From IMG/VR virus record IMGVR_UViG_3300025325_000026, positions 1 through 55,257 of that record: a stretch of 55,257 nt of DNA; one strand, given 5' to 3'. The translations under genes were made by a program, and so were the position numbers. The DNA is from a virus. Lineage: Duplodnaviria > Caudoviricetes. The notes beneath the pieces were generated by a model, which saw nothing but the letters and a program-made list of their open reading frames with translations, did no database searches and was not told the origin of the DNA. Positions 49,999 to 55,257 of the stretch are shown in pieces; the first letter of the stretch is position 1, and the number at the start of each line of letters is the position of its first letter.

Positions 49999-50027
49999 AT
50001 ATAATAAAATGTTTTTACCGTGTCAAA
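49999..50027 (-). promoter_or_regulatory. Sigma70-type promoter
   Basis: Minus strand TTGACA-17 bp-TATATT. Confidence 0.7.
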
Positions 50028-50634
50028 TAATTCCATAAAAAAGATACGACGAAAACAAATACTCCGATAAACGTTAGAGTTACCAGTATTAAACGCAACG
50101 AAATGTCAACTATTTCGCGGAGAAGTAACCTGAAGAATTGGCTTGTGGTCGGCGTCATTATGATTCAATCCTGTTGTTGTTTTTTAACAGTTTAATATTG
50201 ATAGTACTCCTGCAATTATTATTAATATAGTTGACACTAAGAGATGTTGGTATTGGTATTGCCACGGCGTTTTCATGCTGCAACCAGCTCCGGTTTATGA
50301 TTTTTTCTTGCCGACCTGATTCTCATGCAAGTAGTTCGTGTTGTCGCCTTGCATAAATTGCATGGCTGCGATTCTGGTATTCCTTTGAACAGGTCAAGGC
50401 ATTCGTTGTAATGATTTATTTCAGATCCAGTGATTTCGTGCATGGTTTCGGTTAGTGTAGATTTCATTTCGTAAACCCCTCTCCGTTAATGGCGTCTAAA
50501 AACAGGGCTTCTTCGCTTTTTTCGAAACCAGTCCTGCCGATGCCAAATTTCGATAGCACTTCAATCTGGCCAGATTGACATTTCGCACAACTACCTCGAT
50601 GACGAACTCAGCCTGGAGTTCCCAGCTTCGGCCT

Positions 50635-50874
50635 TCAGTTGACCGACGGTTTGGCGTCGTCCGCCTGTTCCGCGAGCTCTGATGACTCTATTGTCAACGA
50701 AACGTCATGGATGCAATGCGGATCTGCGTTGATCCGGTCTATAACGCGGGTCAGTGTGGCTAAAGGGCCGTCGGCGCCGACCGGAAAAATTGCCGTTGGA
50801 AGTGCCTCGTTGTTTCGCGTGTAAACGATAACAACGCGGCCGTCTCGGATTTCGGTTTTGAACGTGCGTATCAT
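50635..50874 (-). CDS. Hypothetical protein (leftward early operon)
   Basis: ATGA overlap with 50871-51101 ORF. Confidence 0.55.
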   Translation of the reverse strand: MIRTFKTEIRDGRVVIVYTRNNEALPTAIFPVGADGPLATLTRVIDRINADPHCIHDVSLTIESSELAEQADDAKPSVN

Positions 50875-51101
50875 ATCAATTCCGTTCTATGCCCGTTGCC
50901 GGGCGGGAGTATAGTCATGTTTTCATGTCCGTTGTTATCGTTAAGCTCTTCAATTCTTTTTCTTATTTCCACGATTTTTTTTTCGTGGAAAGCTATTAAT
51001 TTGCGCCATTTTTCAATGGAGGCGCAGTTTGACGGAACGTATTGCGCCCGGCGATTCGCCTTAATACGTTCCGCCGCGGCAAAAAGTGCCGCACAAAACA
51101 T
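50871..51101 (-). CDS. Hypothetical coiled-coil protein
   Basis: Part of packed minus-strand operon. Confidence 0.5.
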   Translation of the reverse strand: MFCAALFAAAERIKANRRAQYVPSNCASIEKWRKLIAFHEKKIVEIRKRIEELNDNNGHENMTILPPGNGHRTELI

Positions 51102-51267
51102 CGTTGTACGCTGCTCTCAGGGCAGACAGGTACGTAGCGACGGCGTTGCATGTGCTGCGATTTTCGGGGACGCGGACAACATGTTTTTCAATCCCCGTTG
51201 ATCTAGACACAATTACTTTTATTGCTTTCATTTTATCCCCTTCGTTGATTGTTGTCTCTAACCTATA

Positions 51268-51663
51268 ACTATAATATACATCAATCGTAATACGTTTGCA
51301 ATGCAATTTTGATTTATTTTTAAAAAAGTGTGTTCAAGTTAGAACACACTTCCCATCGGTAGCTGTTGTAAAACGTAATACCAATGATGTATATTTGTGC
51401 TATGGAAAATAAAAATCCAGGAAACAGAACGCCTAGGCGCGGGCACCGAAGTCCCGAGTATGATGTAGCTCAAAAAGTAATTTCCTTTCGCTTTCCAGCA
51501 TTTTTGATCAACTTTTGCAGATCGATCGGGTCTGCAAAAGTCCGCGAAATTATCGAAAAAGCCCAAAAAGAACAAATTTGACCGTGTTCTAACTTGAACA
51601 CACTTTTTTAAAAATAAATCAAAATTGCATTGCAAACGTATTACGATTGATGTATATTATAGT
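51268..51663. repeat. 80-bp perfect inverted repeats (51268-51347 and 51584-51663), each holding an outward-facing sigma70 promoter
   Basis: Exact reverse-complement identity; TTGCAA-17 bp-TATATT in each arm; SD+ATG downstream on both sides. Confidence 0.93.
51384..51581 (+). CDS. Small RHH-like DNA-binding protein enclosed by the inverted repeats
   Basis: KVISFRFPA beta-strand followed by helices (KVREIIEKA). Confidence 0.55.
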   Translation: MMYICAMENKNPGNRTPRRGHRSPEYDVAQKVISFRFPAFLINFCRSIGSAKVREIIEKAQKEQI

Positions 51664-51684
51664 CATACAAGAAGGAGAAATCTT

Positions 51685-51921
51685 ATGAAAATCAACATCC
51701 TACACTCTCTGTACTGCGAGATGTCATCCTACGATACATGTCCAGTGTGCCTGTAGCCGCGTACGCACGAGGCGGCGCAGGGCGGCTGTGAGACCTGCGG
51801 CGACAAGAAAAGGCAACACGTCGCAAAAATACGGGCGATGTGGAAAGCGGCGGCACTCCTCGGGTCGAGAGAGGTGTATTTTCAGGCAAAACACAAGGTT
51901 TCAATCATCGGCTATGATTGA
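51685..51921 (+). pseudogene. Zn-finger ORF interrupted by in-frame TAG (51754-51756)
   Basis: AAGGAG SD; MKINIL...CPVCL*PRTHEAAQGGCETCG... stays open to TGA at 51921. Confidence 0.5.
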
Positions 51922-51954
51922 CGAGTACGAAAACAATAAAAAATTGGAGGAAAA

Positions 51955-52782
51955 ATGTTGATCGAAATCAGACGTTGGACTGATGGAGTAGGAATTTTTT
52001 CGGGGGATTATGAAAGTGTTCGACAGTGCGTGAGTGATGCTGGTGGAAAAAAAATGAATCTGAGTTCTGCGAATCTGCGTTCTGCGGATCTGCGTTCTGC
52101 GGATCTGCGTTCTGCGGATCTGCGTTCTGCGGATCTGCGTTCTGCGGATCTGAGTTTTGCGGATCTGAGTTCTGCGAATCTGCGTTCTGCGGATCTGAGT
52201 TCTGCGGATCTGAGTTTTGCGGATCTGCGTTTTGCGGATCTGCGTTCTGCGGATCTGCGTTCTGCGAATCTGAGTTTTGCGGATCTGCGTTCTGCGGATC
52301 TGAGTTCTGCGAATCTGAGTTCTGCGAATCTGAGTTCTGCGGATCTGCGTTCTGCGGATCTGAGTTCTGCGAATCTGAGTTCTGCGAATCTGAGTTCTGT
52401 GGATCTGAGTTCTGCGGATCTGCGTTCTGCGGATCTGCGTTTTGCGGATCTGCGTTCTGCGAATCTGAGTTCTGCGAATCTGAGTTCTGCGAATCTGCGT
52501 TCTGCGGATCTTGACAAAAAATATAGATTTGTTTCAATTTTTCCTATCGGTTCAGAGAGCGGATGTTTGTGGGCAATGTTGGATTGTGACGGAATTTTGA
52601 AATACAATCGTGGTTGTTTTTCAGGAACAAAAGAAGAGTTTTTGGCCGCTGTTACCAAAAAACACGCCGGAACAAAATTCGAGAAAATTTATATCAATGC
52701 GGTTAATTTTATTGAGTCGGCTACGGCTGTAGAAATGGAAACAAAACCGGTCGAGGGCCGATCGGATGGTGAGAGGGGGTAG
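51955..52782 (+). CDS. Pentapeptide repeat protein
   Basis: About 30 A[DN]L[RS][SF] repeats encoded by a 15-bp tandem DNA repeat (about 52056-52511); RGCFSGT.EEF C-terminal domain. Confidence 0.95.
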   Translation: MLIEIRRWTDGVGIFSGDYESVRQCVSDAGGKKMNLSSANLRSADLRSADLRSADLRSADLRSADLSFADLSSANLRSADLSSADLSFADLRFADLRSADLRSANLSFADLRSADLSSANLSSANLSSADLRSADLSSANLSSANLSSVDLSSADLRSADLRFADLRSANLSSANLSSANLRSADLDKKYRFVSIFPIGSESGCLWAMLDCDGILKYNRGCFSGTKEEFLAAVTKKHAGTKFEKIYINAVNFIESATAVEMETKPVEGRSDGERG

Positions 52783-52880
52783 GTATGCGGAAGTGATATT
52801 CCGTAAGTAATGTATGGCCGATTCGGCAGGGTAGGCCTATTATAATATTCCTATTGCGCCTGCAATATTATATTGCTGTT

Positions 52881-53714
52881 ATGGGAGAATTAACGGTAAC
52901 CGACCTATTCGGTACAAGAAATTTTGTTGATGTGGCAATTGAGCGCTTGCGGGTGCATGAGTGTATTGCAAAAAATATGAGTGATGACGGATACTGGGTA
53001 GGCATTTCAGGTGGAAAGGACTCTTCTGTGATTTATGACCTTGTAAAAAAGTCAGGAGTCAAAGCGACTTTTCACCATTCGCTTACAACGGTGGACGCTC
53101 CGGAAACCGTGCGACATATTAAAAATGATTATCCCAATGTTATTATTCACAGGCCAAAGGTTGCCATGCTCAATAAAATACGACAAGTTCGAACCGCTCC
53201 TCCGTCGCGCAATGGTCGCCGGTGGTGCTGCCGTGACTACAAAGAGCACTTCGGAACCGGCCATATGGTTGTTACCGGGGTTCGTGCTGGCGAATCCGCA
53301 CGGAGGTCGGGATATCGCGTGATAGAGCAATGCATGAGGGTAAAGACAAAAAGATTTATGCATTGCATTATTGATTGGACGGATGGAATGGTATGGGAAT
53401 ACATAAAAATAAACAATCTTCCTATCAATCCATTGTATTTACCGCCGTACAATTTCAATCGTGTCGGATGCGTTCTTTGTCCCCTTGCTCTTCCTGGTGT
53501 CGAAAAGCAAAGTCGTGAATGGCATCCAAAAATTGTAAATGCGTGGGAAAAGTCAATCAAGGCGTGGTTTGTTAGATTTGGAGATGAGTGTTGTAATATT
53601 GCAGGAATAAAAACACCTAGTGATTATTGGAGGTGGTGGCTGACCGGTCAGGCCGGAGCGCTTCCCGATGAAAATCAGGAAACATTAATATTTGACGAAC
53701 CGAAAGGGGTTTGA
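52881..53714 (+). CDS. Second PAPS-reductase-family protein
   Basis: GISGGKDS, RWCC...KE, TGVRAGES.RR, RVGCVLCP. Confidence 0.9.
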   Translation: MGELTVTDLFGTRNFVDVAIERLRVHECIAKNMSDDGYWVGISGGKDSSVIYDLVKKSGVKATFHHSLTTVDAPETVRHIKNDYPNVIIHRPKVAMLNKIRQVRTAPPSRNGRRWCCRDYKEHFGTGHMVVTGVRAGESARRSGYRVIEQCMRVKTKRFMHCIIDWTDGMVWEYIKINNLPINPLYLPPYNFNRVGCVLCPLALPGVEKQSREWHPKIVNAWEKSIKAWFVRFGDECCNIAGIKTPSDYWRWWLTGQAGALPDENQETLIFDEPKGV

Positions 53715-53915
53715 TCATGTGCGAACTGATTGTTGTTGACGTTGCGGGTGGCTATGCAATTGAACTGAAGAGTGGAGAACTACCGAACCACGAAAAGAAC
53801 AGCAAGTTTCTTGAGCGTGTTTACAAACACAAGCACGTTGCGGTTGCAAGGGCCAGAGATATTGAAAAAGAGGCTGTTCCGGAATAGTTTTACTGGGTAG
53901 GTTTAAGCTTTTTTT

Positions 53916-53954
53916 AAAAAGTTCGTTGTGGTTTTATTGCACAACGAACTTTTT
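53916..53954. terminator. Bidirectional intrinsic terminator
   Basis: AAAAAGTTCGTTGTG / CACAACGAACTTTTT perfect inverted repeat. Confidence 0.75.
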
Positions 53955-54223
53955 GTTTTACGGAGCCCTATTATAATATATGAAAAAATGTTGCAGTTTC
54001 TTGCAATGTACACAAAGTGTGTACGATTTCTTTATATTACAAATCAATATCTTATAAATTACATCTTGTATCTTAACACGGCGGTTGTATAATTTATATC
54101 CTACGGTCGCGATTAAATTTTATACCCGCATTCCGTCGCCCCCTCATGTTGATTCTGTTGCGAGGTTGGTGGGTTTTGATTATATTGATTTATAAATATT
54201 TTGTCGTTTAACGAAAGGTTGTT

Positions 54224-54580
54224 ATGGATTACGGTACATTCAAAGAAGGCCCGGCTACTGGTGTAGATCCTCGACCGCTAACTCAGCTTGCGCTCTCTGG
54301 TTTTGCTGATTTCGCCGAAATTGATATAAGTGACTCCAGTTCCGACGAGGATATTTCGCTCGAAGATCTGTTCGGAGCGGACAAGCTTTTTCGCGCTGTC
54401 AAGTCAACCGATTCTTCAGACGGCGTTTTGCTCGTAAGAACACTTAACAATTATTCGGCTGGTTACGTTTCTTATCCGCTTGCGGCGGGTGAAAAAGACG
54501 TTATACTTACCCCGATAACACATATCAAAAAAACAGGCAGCATATCAGGTGTTATTGTTTTTTGGCAGTTGAAGGGATAA
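54224..54580 (+). CDS. Hypothetical (possibly structural) protein
   Basis: AAAGG SD; first gene of the HNH operon. Confidence 0.6.
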   Translation: MDYGTFKEGPATGVDPRPLTQLALSGFADFAEIDISDSSSDEDISLEDLFGADKLFRAVKSTDSSDGVLLVRTLNNYSAGYVSYPLAAGEKDVILTPITHIKKTGSISGVIVFWQLKG

Positions 54581-54583
54581 CCA

Positions 54584-54802
54584 TTGACACAAGAACAGGC
54601 AGACAAGATAGTCAAATCAATAAACGATTTGACTATCACAATTAATAGTCTGGTGTTATCGAATCAGGAATTAATTGGCCATGTTTTGAATCCACCTCAC
54701 GACCCAGACGGCAATTCAGAATCAGTTGAAAGCAGTGTCGATTTTGACGATGACGAAAAAGATAAATCTGAATATTATCTTGATGGGACTAAAGTACAGT
54801 AG
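54584..54802 (+). CDS. Hypothetical protein
   Basis: Ends YYLDGT, directly before HNH gene. Confidence 0.55.
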   Translation: MTQEQADKIVKSINDLTITINSLVLSNQELIGHVLNPPHDPDGNSESVESSVDFDDDEKDKSEYYLDGTKVQ

Positions 54803-55152
54803 TGCCTAAAAAATCTGAGACACACAAGCCATACAAGATTCAATCATCCAAAGAAGCCAGCGTTGATAGGTCGGGCAGATTTAACATTCTCTATCAAAAT
54901 CCACGGTGGAGAAAGATACGCGCAAATCAATTGAAAATTGAACCACTTTGCCGAATATGTCTACATGATGGATTGACTACACCAGCTACAATATGTGATC
55001 ACATAGAGCCTCACCGGGGAAACCTTATTAAGTTTTGGAACGGTCCGTTTCAGTCGCTTTGTAAAGTGTGTCACGATTCGAAGAAGCAGACATTAGAGAA
55101 GAGCGGAAGGGTGATAAAAAAAATTGGAGTTGATGGATACCCTATTGATTAA
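54802..55152 (+). CDS. cos-associated HNH endonuclease (HK97 gp74-like)
   Basis: W.K.R..QL..EPLC..C, DHIEPHRG, QSLCKVCHDSKKQ, GVDGYP. Confidence 0.92.
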   Translation: MPKKSETHKPYKIQSSKEASVDRSGRFNILYQNPRWRKIRANQLKIEPLCRICLHDGLTTPATICDHIEPHRGNLIKFWNGPFQSLCKVCHDSKKQTLEKSGRVIKKIGVDGYPID

Positions 55153-55212
55153 AAAGAAATAAATTAAAATGCCTTACAATTAGTTTTTATATCAAACTGA
55201 TATAAAATACAT

Positions 55213-55257
55213 CAACCGGGGGCGGTTTTAATCTCTACAACCTAAACATAGTTAACA
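55213..55257 (+). other. Probable cos region (continues at positions 1-40)
   Basis: CCGGGGGCGGTTTAATCTCT after HNH; T-run/CCGAAATTTT at window start; resembles the HNH-cos-terS arrangement of HK97-like phages. Confidence 0.55.

Noticed and set aside
52056-52511. 15-bp tandem repeat as a possible CRISPR array; antisense ORFs 51968-52537 and 52008-52658
   Set aside because: No unique spacers; the repeat is the coding sequence of the pentapeptide protein, and the antisense ORFs are shadows

Overview
The window looks like an essentially complete ~55 kb HK97/lambda-like siphophage genome. Its two ends appear to meet at the cos region, with HNH at the right end and the terminase near the left. Gene order: DNA-modification genes, terminase, an inserted 3.5 kb island, portal, ClpP and capsid, head-tail genes interrupted by a glycosyltransferase/methyltransferase block, tail, signal-peptide-bearing adhesin-like proteins, lipase and holin, then early, replication and recombination genes. 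I could not recognise an integrase, CI repressor, Cas1/Cas2 or endolysin. Main unusual systems: (1) Between terL and portal is a compact CRISPR locus. It has a ~372-aa TnpB/Cas12f-like protein with a degenerate, truncated RuvC, a candidate tracrRNA, a leader and a 5-repeat/4-spacer array, and it is probably an RNA-guided DNA-binding (silencing) system. (2) At 35.8-38.2 kb is an integron-like array of five attC-bounded gene cassettes with no integrase. (3) Three tail-region proteins carry Sec signal peptides and very dense D-[ST]-[ALVIMT] O-glycosylation sequons. (4) There are two perfect long inverted repeats, an 80 bp promoter pair and a 126 bp intragenic duplication. All calls come from reading motifs by eye; no database search or folding program was run.
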